A stretch of 64,000 nt of DNA from Candidatus Hermodarchaeota archaeon (GTDB taxonomy: Archaea > Asgardarchaeota > Hermodarchaeia > Hermodarchaeales > Hermodarchaeaceae), in NCBI GenBank assembly GCA_016839805.1, contig JAEOTO010000011.1, forward strand, positions 1-64,000. The letters are read 5' to 3'. Position 1 is the stretch's first letter. Every line of letters starts with the position of its first letter. The notes under the pieces are model-generated. The model had not been told where the DNA came from. It searched no databases and was given only the letters and a program-made list of their open reading frames with translations. A program made the translations under genes and the position numbers. Shown here in pieces: positions 10,580-21,103 of the stretch.

Positions 10580-11917
10580 TTATAGTTGAGTAGGCAATTC
10601 CGGTTTGATGAATTCTCTCAAAATGACTGAAGCATAGCTTCCTTTGTTTAAATTGAAACTCACCCTAACTGGTGTATCGTCTTCGGCATCGAGTAAATCG
10701 ATGTTGAATTCAGTGGGATTAACAAGTAAAGGACGAAAAGTGCCACGAGAACTTAGAATCGGAAGCTCTCTCAAATGAAATTGGCTGGGCGTGATATCTT
10801 CTTCTTCAAGTAGTGTTAATATGATTTCCCCCATAGGTCCCTGTAATGCGACATTTTCAAAATCAAAACCGATAACAGGAATGACAAGTATTTGTTTCTT
10901 CTTCTGTACAGCCTTTTTGGCTTCGCTGAGGTTTTTTCTAGTGACTGATCGAATCTGATGGATTTCACCTGAAATTGGCATAATGAAATCGCCAATGATA
11001 GGCAATTGTAATGAGATTCCCCGTTTCATGCGTTCACTAATTGTTTTATTAAAAATGAGAGACTGATAGGCATGGACATAAAGCCGGGCAAGGTCCTTTG
11101 GTAACACTCGTAGACTCTCCTTAAACTGCCTGGGGTGTTTGTCCAGATACTGCTGGATAGCCCGTTCGTAAGTACCATACAATTTATTTATTCGTTGAGA
11201 TGGTCCATTTGAAATAACAGGTTCTTCCACCTCAGATGGCTCGAGAATTTCTTCAACGGATATGTTTCCCCCTTCTAGGAGGATACGGATGGCTTTTTCA
11301 AAATTTCCACGAATAATCTGCTTTCCCACCAGATGGGTAGTAGGGCGCATAATCCCAAACCGCTGAGGCCCATAAAAATTTAGAATTCCTCCTGCCTTCT
11401 CGTACTCTTGTCGTATTTTCTCAATCCGATTCTGCACTTCTACCCTTGTAAGTTTCACTTCACGCACTGTTATCGTAAACCGATTGCCCATTAAAGTACC
11501 TGGAGTGATGGGTTTTGGTTTTCGGTGTGGGTGTAGAATTTGGATATTAGGGATATCACGACCGATAAGGTCTTGGGGGCTTCCTTGATAGAAAGAGGCA
11601 CGTTGTGATGTTATAGCGCGTCGGTCCTTAATTCCTGCGTATGAAAAGCGCTTGTAACTAGCACCGATTGCCTTACTGAGACGTCTAATTGCTTGAATTG
11701 AATCAAGATTACGTTTTACGAGGAAAAATTCTGTAAATTTTCCTGGTTGATCTTCGTACACTTGGGAACTGGGTTCCAGGGGGGCAATCGATCCATCTAC
11801 TCCAATTTCTTGAACAATGAAATCCTCTGGTGACTGTTTGAGCCGCCCTCCAATGCCTGGAGAATGCGTGGTAAAGGCATCCATTCCTATAAGAGCATCA
11901 TATTCTTTTGCCCGCAA
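10580..11917 (-). CDS. truD: tRNA pseudouridine(13) synthase
   Basis: PEDFIVQE, YAGIKDRRAITSQ, GNRF, NFYGPQRFG, HAYQS, GSYASVILRE. Confidence 0.95.
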   Translation of the reverse strand: MRAKEYDALIGMDAFTTHSPGIGGRLKQSPEDFIVQEIGVDGSIAPLEPSSQVYEDQPGKFTEFFLVKRNLDSIQAIRRLSKAIGASYKRFSYAGIKDRRAITSQRASFYQGSPQDLIGRDIPNIQILHPHRKPKPITPGTLMGNRFTITVREVKLTRVEVQNRIEKIRQEYEKAGGILNFYGPQRFGIMRPTTHLVGKQIIRGNFEKAIRILLEGGNISVEEILEPSEVEEPVISNGPSQRINKLYGTYERAIQQYLDKHPRQFKESLRVLPKDLARLYVHAYQSLIFNKTISERMKRGISLQLPIIGDFIMPISGEIHQIRSVTRKNLSEAKKAVQKKKQILVIPVIGFDFENVALQGPMGEIILTLLEEEDITPSQFHLRELPILSSRGTFRPLLVNPTEFNIDLLDAEDDTPVRVSFNLNKGSYASVILREFIKPELPTQL

Positions 11918-11934
11918 AGGCCGACCTCCTCGTC

Positions 11935-12333
11935 CTAAAGTAAAGGTAAATCGCCAGTGATTTTATCCACAGTGGAAGTCTGGGCAGGACCAATGCCTAG
12001 AGCTGTGACTGTGCCTGGGGGAAGCTCAGTAAGTCCTCGGTCTCGAATTAAATAAGTGGGCAAACCTGCCCGTTCAGCAGTTTCACGAAGAGTTATCAAC
12101 TCTTCTTCTATTGGAACTTTCACAACAACTTTTTTTTGCCCCTCCCATAGCCATTTTCGCCAGGAGGTTGGAGCATGTTTTCGCGCTTCTTCTGTGGCTG
12201 ACACAGCCGCATGGGCAACCTGTACCGCAATCTTTCCGCGACTCATCTTCAAGTCCATGCGAATTACAATTACCTGTTTATACTCGAACTTAGGAGATTG
12301 AGACTGTTGGTTTTGCAGATTGAATTCCTCCAT
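11935..12333 (-). CDS. pth2: Peptidyl-tRNA hydrolase Pth2
   Basis: KQVIVIR.DLKMSRGKIAVQVAHAA, GQKKVV, DRGLTE, GIGP. Confidence 0.95.
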   Translation of the reverse strand: MEEFNLQNQQSQSPKFEYKQVIVIRMDLKMSRGKIAVQVAHAAVSATEEARKHAPTSWRKWLWEGQKKVVVKVPIEEELITLRETAERAGLPTYLIRDRGLTELPPGTVTALGIGPAQTSTVDKITGDLPLL

Positions 12334-12436
12334 CTCATCGAAACCCACTGTAAAATCCCTTAAGTATTTAGTCATCCCGTTATGGCATAACTGCATTTTC
12401 ATTACCACAAACATAAACCAGGAACCATGAAAGAAT

Positions 12437-13147
12437 ATGTCACAGGAAATCAAGGGAATCTTCTTCGACTTTGGTGGAACACTGTTCGATTTTTATCCGT
12501 CAAATTCGGAAATTTGGGCAAATGTTGCCAAAAGATTAGGAGTTGACATTAAACCTAGTGATCCTCGTATTCAACATGGGATGAGGAAACAGAGCCAGGC
12601 CTTTGAGAAGTTAGGTAAGCCTTGGTCCGAGTTATCTAGCGATGAAATTCATACACTGAATTGCCAGGTCTTGAAAACTTTGGGAATCGAAACTGAAGGT
12701 ACAAAAGAGACAATTGATGCTGAATTTAGCGCAAGAGAGCAGGGTGAATTGTTTACAATTTATCCTGATACGCTAGAAACGTTGCGGAAAATCAAAGAAC
12801 TGGAGATAAAAATTGGCATCGTATCGAATGTTGGTGGAAAATTGGCTCTCTCTCGACGTCCTACATTGGAAGAAAACGGAATTCTACAGTATTTTGATAC
12901 CATTATTCTCTCAGGAGAAGTGGGTGTCTTGAAACCCGAGAAAGAGATCTTCGATATCGCGCTTCGTGAAATAGGAATTAAGGATCCTGCAAAAGTAATG
13001 CATGTAGGCGATAGTCCAATTGAAGATGTGTGGGGTGCTCGGAATGCAAGATTAATTCCTGTTTTCTTCGATCCACTGGAATTGTTTTCTACTGAAAACG
13101 TTATTAAAATCAAAACATTGTCAGATATTCTTCTATATCTGAAATAA
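12437..13147 (+). CDS. HAD-family hydrolase
   Basis: FFDFGGTL, IVSN, KP, HVGDS..ED motifs. Confidence 0.9.
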   Translation: MSQEIKGIFFDFGGTLFDFYPSNSEIWANVAKRLGVDIKPSDPRIQHGMRKQSQAFEKLGKPWSELSSDEIHTLNCQVLKTLGIETEGTKETIDAEFSAREQGELFTIYPDTLETLRKIKELEIKIGIVSNVGGKLALSRRPTLEENGILQYFDTIILSGEVGVLKPEKEIFDIALREIGIKDPAKVMHVGDSPIEDVWGARNARLIPVFFDPLELFSTENVIKIKTLSDILLYLK

Positions 13148-13156
13148 AATGGGCTA

Positions 13157-14377
13157 GTGATGATAGTGGATGCAGATGTTGTCGTCGTTGGTGCAGGACC
13201 CGTTGGTGGTTTAGCAGCACGACAACTCGCTCGGAAAGGTCTATCTGTTCTCCTTTTAGAAGAGCACCCTGAAGTGGGTCACCCCGTTCACTGCGCTGGT
13301 CTAATTGGCATAAAAGGATTGAACGATAATGGGGTCATTCCACAGTCTGATGTCATTCTTCAACGCGTTTGCCGGTCAATCTTTCATGCGCCATCTGGAA
13401 CTCAATTGGTCTTTGAGAAAGGAGAACCTCACGCTTTTGTATTGAATCGAGATCGTTTGGACCAACAAATCGCCAACGAAGCAGAAACAGCTGGTGCCAC
13501 TTTACAGCTAGAAACACGCGTAACAAAATGCAAACGGGACCGAAAGGGAATGCGTGTTTATGTTACTGAACGAGGCACTAAACGCGAGCTTTTCACACAA
13601 TTTGTTGTTAATTCCGAAGGGATTCGTGCAAAATTAGCACACGATCAAGGGCTTCCTCGACCAAAAAGACACTACATGTTACCGGCGTTGCAATATGAGG
13701 TTGGTAATGTGTCATTACCAGGGGACACAGTTCATCTGTTTTTTAACACCCAGCTAGCGAAAGACTTCTTTTCATGGATCATACCGCTTGATAATAATCG
13801 TGCTCGTGTCGGACTAGCAACAGCTCATAAGCAAGCACGAAAGGCATTAGATAACTTCCTCAGGCAGTCTTCTTTGCTCTCAGAAGCAAAAGTTGAGAAA
13901 CGCTTTGGAGGCATAGTGTATACGGGAGGTCCCTCGTCACGAACTGTAAGTAAACGGTTTGTAAATCTCGGAGATGCGGCAGGACAAACCAAGGCTACAA
14001 CTGGGGGAGGAGTTGTGTCAGGAGGTAGTTGTGCAATTTTGGCTGCATCGAGTATTAGTCGCGCCTTAAGGGGTGGTCATTATGATCACAGGGAGTTGGT
14101 TCGATATGAACGATTGTGGAAACGAGGGTGGGGAAGACAACTAAGGTTAATGGCAATCCTTAGGCGGTTTGTTAACACGCTTAACAATCATGAACTGGAT
14201 CAATTATTCATGAATTTACAAACCGGTAAAGCTCGTGAAATTATTGAACGCACAGGCGATATCGATCGCCAAGGTCGCCTTATCACCACAGCTCTTACTT
14301 CTCCCGCTTTGATAAGGAGTGTCTTGAAGCTTTTTGTGAAAAGAATCCGATTCTTCCCCCATCTACTGTGGGGCTGA
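13157..14377 (+). CDS. Geranylgeranyl reductase-family FAD oxidoreductase
   Basis: VVVGAGPVG, HCAG, WIIP, GDAAGQTK.TTGGG. Confidence 0.85.
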   Translation: MMIVDADVVVVGAGPVGGLAARQLARKGLSVLLLEEHPEVGHPVHCAGLIGIKGLNDNGVIPQSDVILQRVCRSIFHAPSGTQLVFEKGEPHAFVLNRDRLDQQIANEAETAGATLQLETRVTKCKRDRKGMRVYVTERGTKRELFTQFVVNSEGIRAKLAHDQGLPRPKRHYMLPALQYEVGNVSLPGDTVHLFFNTQLAKDFFSWIIPLDNNRARVGLATAHKQARKALDNFLRQSSLLSEAKVEKRFGGIVYTGGPSSRTVSKRFVNLGDAAGQTKATTGGGVVSGGSCAILAASSISRALRGGHYDHRELVRYERLWKRGWGRQLRLMAILRRFVNTLNNHELDQLFMNLQTGKAREIIERTGDIDRQGRLITTALTSPALIRSVLKLFVKRIRFFPHLLWG

Positions 14378-14398
14378 AGCATAGGGTGTAAAATAAAA

Positions 14399-14743
14399 CT
14401 AATATTCGCGCCAGGTTTGACTACATTTTACACAGCGATAAAACGTCGTCATTGCTTCATCACCGGAACGTGTTTGCACCTGCCAGTAATAGGCTTCTTT
14501 GTTTCCACATTTAGGGCAGATTTGACGAGCAGTAGGCATGGTTCGTTGCTTAGAAAGCTTCTCGTCAATTACCACAACTTCTTCTTTTTCGGGAACGTGA
14601 GAAATCTTGTCCACTATGCGATAGGTGTTCTTGGAGCCTTTTGGCAGCTTTTTCGTGTAGCCACAATTCTGACAAGCTAGGATTTTTTTGTCTCCATCTT
14701 TTTGAGGGGTTAACATGCTTGAACATTTAGGGCAAAATTCCAT
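14399..14743 (-). CDS. tfs: Transcription factor S (TFS/RpoM)
   Basis: FCPKC...CQNCG; CPKCG...QTRSGDE..T.FY.C..C. Confidence 0.92.
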   Translation of the reverse strand: MEFCPKCSSMLTPQKDGDKKILACQNCGYTKKLPKGSKNTYRIVDKISHVPEKEEVVVIDEKLSKQRTMPTARQICPKCGNKEAYYWQVQTRSGDEAMTTFYRCVKCSQTWREY

Positions 14744-14808
14744 TGAGCAATTCTCCGATATCGAAGGGTTTGAAAGCATACGATGTGACGCATAAGAATG
14801 TATTGGCT

Positions 14809-15276
14809 TTACACGCTGTTACGCTCTTGCTCTTTTTCCCAAATTGAAAGTAAGAATATGGCAAAAGCTTTTGCAATAGTTTCGAGGTGTTCTGCCTTTG
14901 TTTGTTTGGTTCCTGGATCCATTTTCAAGATTTGTTCCTGTAATAAGGTAGCTGCATCAGAAATGGTGAAGAATCCCTGAAGCCAGGCGTATGCAATCAT
15001 GGCTTCAACACAATCTCCTAAACCATGAGCGTCAAGTCGTGAAGGTGCTAAATGCCGTAAATTCGAATACCGTAGTGCGGCTGCAAGAATTTTACCTGAG
15101 ACTTTCTCACCACTAAACTGGTTTAAATGAAGGGAGTAGGCTAGAGAAAAGAGCAAATTGGTCAAGGGATCTCCGAGCTTTGCCAGCTCTTTGTGTCGCA
15201 TTGCAGTTTTAATCGAACGAATTCCTTCCTTATCGAGAAGGGTGTACAATTCCTCGATTTCTGACACGCCGTTCAC
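14809..15276 (-). CDS. Archaeal RNase III-family protein
   Basis: LAKLGD.LTN, GDCVEAMIAYAWL; conserved position between rpoL and tfs. Confidence 0.75.
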   Translation of the reverse strand: MNGVSEIEELYTLLDKEGIRSIKTAMRHKELAKLGDPLTNLLFSLAYSLHLNQFSGEKVSGKILAAALRYSNLRHLAPSRLDAHGLGDCVEAMIAYAWLQGFFTISDAATLLQEQILKMDPGTKQTKAEHLETIAKAFAIFLLSIWEKEQERNSV

Positions 15277-15563
15277 GCGGCTTTAAGCGCTTTTTTAAAT
15301 TCTGTTCTCAGTTCTTCAGTTCTTTCAATTAACTTCTTTGCGGCTTTTTTGAAACTGTTGATAGCTTTTACCTTACCATCGGTTCGGACTATGAATCGAG
15401 CACTCCGAGTTAATGGATGAGGAACGGAGTAGCCCGCGAATGTAAGATGCGCGTCTTCAAAAAGGATTTCACGGAGGGGATTACAAAGAGTGTGTCCTTC
15501 ACCTTCTATTTCTAACTCTAATTCTCGTGATGTGTTTTTGATTATATTGATGTTCATAGTCAT
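15273..15563 (-). CDS. rpoL: RNA polymerase subunit Rpo11 (RpoL)
   Basis: EGEGHTLCNPL, AGYSVPHPL. Confidence 0.92.
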   Translation of the reverse strand: MTMNINIIKNTSRELELEIEGEGHTLCNPLREILFEDAHLTFAGYSVPHPLTRSARFIVRTDGKVKAINSFKKAAKKLIERTEELRTEFKKALKAA

Positions 15564-15643
15564 CGAGTCCAAGCACGTTTTTCCATGGCGCAGGCAGACC
15601 GTACACAACTCCGCTTTTAAAGTGTTGCTTTGACAAAAAAGGG

Positions 15644-15868
15644 TCAAGTAGCTACTGCATGCTTGAAGTTTCGGAAAAGGGTTTGAGCATGATTAGCTGC
15701 TTGTCGAACTTGCTCAGGACCTCCACGAAGAGTAACTGTGATTCCTCGTTGGTCTGCCTTGACATGAAAATCAAGTTTTAGTTTTCGTTTTAATTGGTCA
15801 ATAAAGGTTACTTGATCAGTTGCACCTATTATAGGGAATGTAAGGCTTTTTTTGGTCCAACGAGCCAC
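15644..15868 (-). CDS. Small conserved protein (DUF2067-like)
   Basis: Size, sequence character and location between csl4 and rpoL. Confidence 0.5.
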   Translation of the reverse strand: MARWTKKSLTFPIIGATDQVTFIDQLKRKLKLDFHVKADQRGITVTLRGGPEQVRQAANHAQTLFRNFKHAVAT

Positions 15869-15871
15869 TCT

Positions 15872-16492
15872 TTAGATGCCCTCCTCTATTGGTGGCTCCT
15901 CCTCAACTGGTTCAGCTTTGGACAATTTGCCATAATTCTTCGCAAGTTTTCTTTGTTCATAGTTGCCACATTCAGTGCATTCTAACCGCCTTCCCTGTAA
16001 ATGAAGCGGTTCTCCACAGCGACTGCATGAGGCCTTAATAACGCCGAAACGAGTTCCTACTGTTGAAAGTCGAGCTAATCCATCGGCTTGCTGTTGAACA
16101 CGAGCAATTATTAGATCACCCGGAGCGAAGAGGTCTCGCATTTGTTCTACATACCCACCCGCTGTATTTTTAATGAATAAATAACCGGAAAATGTGACCG
16201 GACAAGGGGTGTCCTCAATTTGAAATATATTCACTATTGCTGACTTTTTCGTCACGTGTTGAATTTCACCCAAAACGACATCATTTCGCTTGGGATATAC
16301 AGGTGTCCGTGTGGTTGCTTCTACACTGATTTTTCGTTCTTTCATGTCAATATGAACAATACCTGTAATGCTCGCATAGATTACGTCATCCTCATCTTGG
16401 AACGTTCCCTCGCCTGGAAGATATTCTTCAATCACGCCTAACCTTTCACCGGGAAGAACTGAGTCTCCTTCTTTAATCCGTTGGGTTGTCAT
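15872..16492 (-). CDS. csl4: Exosome cap subunit Csl4
   Basis: VLPGERLG..EEY.PG.G, S1 domain, CSRCG...CTECG..EQRK. Confidence 0.92.
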   Translation of the reverse strand: MTTQRIKEGDSVLPGERLGVIEEYLPGEGTFQDEDDVIYASITGIVHIDMKERKISVEATTRTPVYPKRNDVVLGEIQHVTKKSAIVNIFQIEDTPCPVTFSGYLFIKNTAGGYVEQMRDLFAPGDLIIARVQQQADGLARLSTVGTRFGVIKASCSRCGEPLHLQGRRLECTECGNYEQRKLAKNYGKLSKAEPVEEEPPIEEGI

Positions 16493-17124
16493 TTAGTTTC
16501 CTCCTGCTTTTCTATCCGATAGAAATCAACCTTAATCTTGTGCCTCTTTTTTTCATGAAAGTGCATGGTGGCAGGAAGCGCCATCATCATCTCCTGGATA
16601 AATGAGATTCGTCCTCCAAACTCGGAGACGTAACGGGCAATGAATTTCCGACCACCTTCAGACGCTTTATGTAGGGAGTACACCACATCTCCTATTTCCA
16701 ATGCTTTTCGGAGAAAGGGTCGATCTGCATGATCTCGTTGCACTCCAAACGGAGCATTCATTAACACAGTATCTACTCGTGCCGTTATTGTCTCAATATC
16801 TTGTGAGACGAACTCAATGCGTTCTCGCACACCAAGTTGAACAGCGTTTTGTTCTGCGACATTTAATACTTTCGAATCAATATCGACACCTACAACGTGT
16901 TCTGCTCCCAGTAGAGCTGCGCCGATTGCTAGACGTCCAGGACCGCAACCCAAATCATAGACCCGACGATTTTCAATATCACCAGCGCTTGCGGCGGAAA
17001 AGAGCATTGTCGCTGCAACTGTGTCTGAAATCTCATATTGTTCTTTACTAGCATTGGGGTCTGGGAAACCCTTTAGTTGGCTGAGTATGATTTCTAATTG
17101 TTTCCGGGGTAGCCGTACAGACAT
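16489..17124 (-). CDS. METTL5-family rRNA adenine methyltransferase
   Basis: EQY, DLGCGPG, NAPFG, YSLHK. Confidence 0.88.
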   Translation of the reverse strand: MSVRLPRKQLEIILSQLKGFPDPNASKEQYEISDTVAATMLFSAASAGDIENRRVYDLGCGPGRLAIGAALLGAEHVVGVDIDSKVLNVAEQNAVQLGVRERIEFVSQDIETITARVDTVLMNAPFGVQRDHADRPFLRKALEIGDVVYSLHKASEGGRKFIARYVSEFGGRISFIQEMMMALPATMHFHEKKRHKIKVDFYRIEKQEETK

Positions 17125-17223
17125 AATCACTGCCTGTCCTCTAGTTTTTTATGAATCCTAGTATTTTTATCTCTTAACTGAGTCTCCACTCTTATTTTAA
17201 GGATGAATGAAGGTATCAAAACG

Positions 17224-18516
17224 ATGTCAAATCCTTATGAAATCAGTGAAATTCGTGCTATGGAAATTTTAGATAGCCGGGGAAATCCTACGGTACAGGC
17301 TGAAGTACTTACAAAGGAAGGCTATGGCAGGGCAATGGTCCCTTCCGGAGTTTCAACGGGACGGTGCGAAGCGGTTGAATTACGCGATGGAGATTCCAAC
17401 CGGTATCATGGAAAGGGTGTAAAAAAGGCGGTAGAAAATATTCTATCGATTTTAGCGCCATCCTTGATTGGGATGGATTCGCGCCAACAGCGAGTCATTG
17501 ATGAAAAATTACGCAAACTTGATGGAACACCCAATAAAGAACGGTTAGGTGCGAATGCCCTTCTAGGAGTATCGCTTGCTGTTGCTAAAGCCGCTTCAGA
17601 TACGGCTATTCAGCATTTATTCGAATATCTTGGCAATCGAGATAAGTACATCTTACCAGTACCAATGATGAATATCATTAATGGTGGGGCGCATGCAGGA
17701 AATCAACTCGCCATTCAAGAATTTCTTATCATGCCCATTGGTTTCAACGGATTCTCAAAAGCCCTGCGGGCAGGCGTTGATGTGTATCAAACTCTTGGTA
17801 AAGTGTTGCTGCAAAAATACGGCATTGTTGGGAAAAACCTAGGTGATGAAGGGGGATTTGCTCCTCCGATGCTTGAAACACGAGAAGCATTAGACGCCAT
17901 CATTGCTGCCATAGAAGAGGAAGGCTACAAACCCGGAAAGGAAATTGGACTTGCTTTGGATGCTGCAGCAAATGAATTTCATTCTAAAGGTAAATACTCC
18001 ATTGATGGTCATGATCTTTCATCGGGGGATCTCCACGAATATTATCAGAAATTATGCACAGAATACCCTCTCATCTCCATTGAAGATCCTTTTGAAGAAA
18101 ACGCGTTTGAAGATTTTGTCGACCTAACACGGGCAATTGGTAAATCAGTACAGATTGTTGGTGATGACATTTTTGTTTCTAATACTGAAAGATTGCAGAA
18201 AGGCATCGACATGGGTGCAGCTAACGCACTTCTATTGAAAGTTAATCAGATTGGAACGCTCACCGAAGCCATTGAGGCTGCCAATCTTGCTGGAGCAAAT
18301 GATTACACCGTGATCGTTAGTCACCGAAGTGGAGAAACGGAAAACACCTTTATTGCTGACTTATCGGTAGCTCTATCGTGTGGTCAGATTAAGACTGGGG
18401 CCCCGGCACGAGGTGAACGAACCGCAAAATACAATCGGCTCATTAAAATCAATAACGATCTGGGGCGAAGAGGGCAATATGCGGGGGCAAAATTCCGGCA
18501 ATATCTGGTTCTTTAA
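17224..18516 (+). CDS. eno: Enolase
   Basis: ILDSRGNPTV, LLKVNQIGT, SHRSGETE, IKTGAPARGER. Confidence 0.97.
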   Translation: MSNPYEISEIRAMEILDSRGNPTVQAEVLTKEGYGRAMVPSGVSTGRCEAVELRDGDSNRYHGKGVKKAVENILSILAPSLIGMDSRQQRVIDEKLRKLDGTPNKERLGANALLGVSLAVAKAASDTAIQHLFEYLGNRDKYILPVPMMNIINGGAHAGNQLAIQEFLIMPIGFNGFSKALRAGVDVYQTLGKVLLQKYGIVGKNLGDEGGFAPPMLETREALDAIIAAIEEEGYKPGKEIGLALDAAANEFHSKGKYSIDGHDLSSGDLHEYYQKLCTEYPLISIEDPFEENAFEDFVDLTRAIGKSVQIVGDDIFVSNTERLQKGIDMGAANALLLKVNQIGTLTEAIEAANLAGANDYTVIVSHRSGETENTFIADLSVALSCGQIKTGAPARGERTAKYNRLIKINNDLGRRGQYAGAKFRQYLVL

Positions 18517-18580
18517 AATATTTAAACTAAAATATGCAAAAAGCCCGCTTTTTTCCTTCGTTAAAAGGTGATTACAGGAG

Positions 18581-19117
18581 TTAGAAGCCAATCTTCTTAC
18601 GCAGTTCATCAGGTGCCTTATCCAGGTGGATTTTACACGGAGTCGGTATCTTCATGGATGCTCGACGAAGTGCACTCTTTGCAGTATCAAGATCTTGGTA
18701 ATTCACTTCTAATGTTAATACTGGTTGACCTGGTCTAACACGAGCTGCCAGAGCGAAGGGCTTGCCAAAGGATCGGCGCATGCCCTCCTGAATACGGTCT
18801 GCACCAGCGAAAGCCATCATCTTCTTTTCACGAAGAATTTGGTGAGGATAGGTTCGAAGCCATAGAAAATAGTTCTCTGGTCCCAGCTCTTTGTTGAGGA
18901 AGCGGTTGGCTGATACCCGCATGGCTTCTAAGGCGCTGTGACGAATCTGTACTGCCTCCTTGGCTAACAGACTCAGTGTTAATTCGAAGTTTCGGTTACG
19001 TCTTTTACCCATTCTCCATAAAACGACCTTGTTGCCTGGTATCCGCTTGATATATTCTTTACGAGTGTAGGGTGGTCGTTTGATTTGTCGATAGCATTTT
19101 CCGGGTCTAGCAGGCAT
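18581..19117 (-). CDS. rpl10e: Ribosomal protein uL16 (L10e)
   Basis: RPGKCYR, ALEAMR, AGADRIQEGMRRSFGKP. Confidence 0.95.
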   Translation of the reverse strand: MPARPGKCYRQIKRPPYTRKEYIKRIPGNKVVLWRMGKRRNRNFELTLSLLAKEAVQIRHSALEAMRVSANRFLNKELGPENYFLWLRTYPHQILREKKMMAFAGADRIQEGMRRSFGKPFALAARVRPGQPVLTLEVNYQDLDTAKSALRRASMKIPTPCKIHLDKAPDELRKKIGF

Positions 19118-19239
19118 TGGTTGTTCGCCTCCCACATAGGGGTAGGAGTAAGTGCAAATCCTGGCGTCTTATTAATCTTACCGATACCTGGGTAGAATTT
19201 CCTCGACTTCAGTCGTTGGAATGAATCGCTACCCGCCTG

Positions 19240-20555
19240 TTGGATGACACCACTTATCTCCACCTCCCCACCGCTTAAATCCCTCAATGACTTGAACCAC
19301 TTTAGTGTCATTTCCCAACTTAAGAGCAGGTGTATGGCTGTGCGACGAACCAACACAGTGGTCTTAGCGCCATCGGCGAAACAACACCAATACCTCCTGC
19401 AACTGGCGGAGAACTGCGCTCGACTGTGGAACGAGCTAAACTATCGGCGCCGCCAAACTTTCTTCAAAGGCAGGATCAACTGGGAGTGGCGCGACCTATA
19501 CGAGACCTACAAACGCACTATGGGGTCAGCGACCGCCCAACAGATTGAACGGAAAAATAGTGAGACCTGGCGGGCTTTCTTTGCCCTACTCCGATTGAAG
19601 CGGAAAAAACAGCTTCCACCCCACATCAATCGCGTTCGCCCACCAGGCTACTGGAAGGATCGACGAAGGAACATGCGGAAGTTGATTATCCTCCTCAGGT
19701 GCGACTCGTATAAGTTTAAAGATCACGTGTTGCGGATGCCGAAGAGATTCAGTATAAAATAGAAAGGCAGGCCTAAATGGAGTATCTGGATAAAACAGGG
19801 TAGGCTCACCATAAAATACGATGCGGTTACCTGCAAGTGGTATGCCCATCAACCTGTGGAGGTGCCTCCTCCTCATCAACCGCTCTCGAATCGGAGAGCC
19901 TATATTGATCTGGGCGTTATTAGCTTGTTGACGATCGCGGTGGATGGTGCACGCCAGACCTTATCCTATAGTGGGCGTCCCGCATTGGCCGACTGGTGGT
20001 ATCTCTCCCACCAGATAGACCGGTTAAAGGCGCTAGCGAAGACCATGAATAACCGGGAATCGACGAGAGGGGTGCGCCGTCTATACAGACAGCGACGACT
20101 TCGGGTCCACCAGTTTGTAAATACTACTGTTCGCAGGGCGATTGAAGCTCTGTGGGTGAGTGGTGTGTCTACGCTGGTTGTGGGAGACCTCACCGGGATT
20201 CTGGCAAATACAAGTTGGGGACGGAAAGCTAATGCAATGACGCATAACTTCTGGGGTCATCGGCATCTCATTCAACGCGTCAAGGAGGTTGGGGAGGAAT
20301 ACGGCATCGCAGTTGAACTGGTGAATGAACGGGGTACATCGAGTACGTGTCCACGGTGTGAAGGAGATCAAATAACTCGTCGAGGTCGTCTGTTCAAATG
20401 CCGTGGCTGTGGGTTAGAGGCGCACCGGGACACTGTGGGAGCTGTAAACATAAGCGTCGTCTTCGGAGGGCGCATTAACGGGGTGGTGGTGCACCCTGTG
20501 GAGGTTTGTATATGACGTCCACGAATCTCCCGATTTTAATCGCGGAGAGTGTCAA
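19240..20555 (+). mobile_element. Second tnpB-only IS200/IS605-family element (left end approximate)
   Basis: Right end GAATCTCCCGATTTTAATCGCGGAGAGTGTCAA (ends 20555); ATGACAC...GTGTCAT inverted repeat upstream of tnpB; higher GC than flanks. Confidence 0.7.
19334..20515 (+). pseudogene. tnpB: TnpB with a single in-frame TAG (19760-19762)
   Basis: The two ORFs share a frame; SIK*KGRPKW is best explained by TGG>TAG; RuvC YIDLG / VVGDL / HRDTVGAVNI and CPRC...CRGC present. Confidence 0.85.
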
Positions 20556-20668
20556 GCGCTAACAGTTCAATTGAACCCATAGATAACCGAAATTATATCT
20601 ACAATAAATAATGAAGAAGACTGCTCCTGCATTTAGACAGAAATGGTTGAATCTGATTTAAGTGAGAA

Positions 20669-20977
20669 TTATCTAGTTTGACCTTTCGTCCGTGACATTT
20701 GAATTCCTATCCATGCAATATTGATGATGGCAAATGCGATGAGCATAGCACCAATATGACTAAGGATTTGAAGGATATTCCACCAAGAAACGAGCCAAAT
20801 CAAAGTACCCAAAAAGAAGGTGAGAATTGCGAGTATAGGAAACACCCGCCAATGTCGCCAATAAAATCTGACTGGAAAAAAGTTGCTGTGTTTCCAGTCC
20901 CAGAGCATGGTCACAAGTGCAGACAAAGGGAGCAGAAAAACAAACCAAATCGGATTGGCAAATAAGGTATACATCAC
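20669..20977 (-). CDS. Small multi-TM membrane protein
   Basis: Three hydrophobic segments. Confidence 0.55.
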   Translation of the reverse strand: MMYTLFANPIWFVFLLPLSALVTMLWDWKHSNFFPVRFYWRHWRVFPILAILTFFLGTLIWLVSWWNILQILSHIGAMLIAFAIINIAWIGIQMSRTKGQTR

Positions 20978-21103
20978 ATTCTTCCCTCTTGAACCTGCAA
21001 TTCTTTGAATTGTATTTAGTGATTATCATTCCTGCTAAATGGGTGAATCTGATTTTTATGCAGAGAATCCATTAGACTTAGTGTAGGTTTAATTTCTGTT
21101 TCC

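Noticed and set aside
19760-19762. In-frame TAG in tnpB as pyrrolysine or readthrough
   Set aside because: Context IK*KG fits a Trp codon (TGG>TAG); no pyl genes in the window; IS decay is simpler
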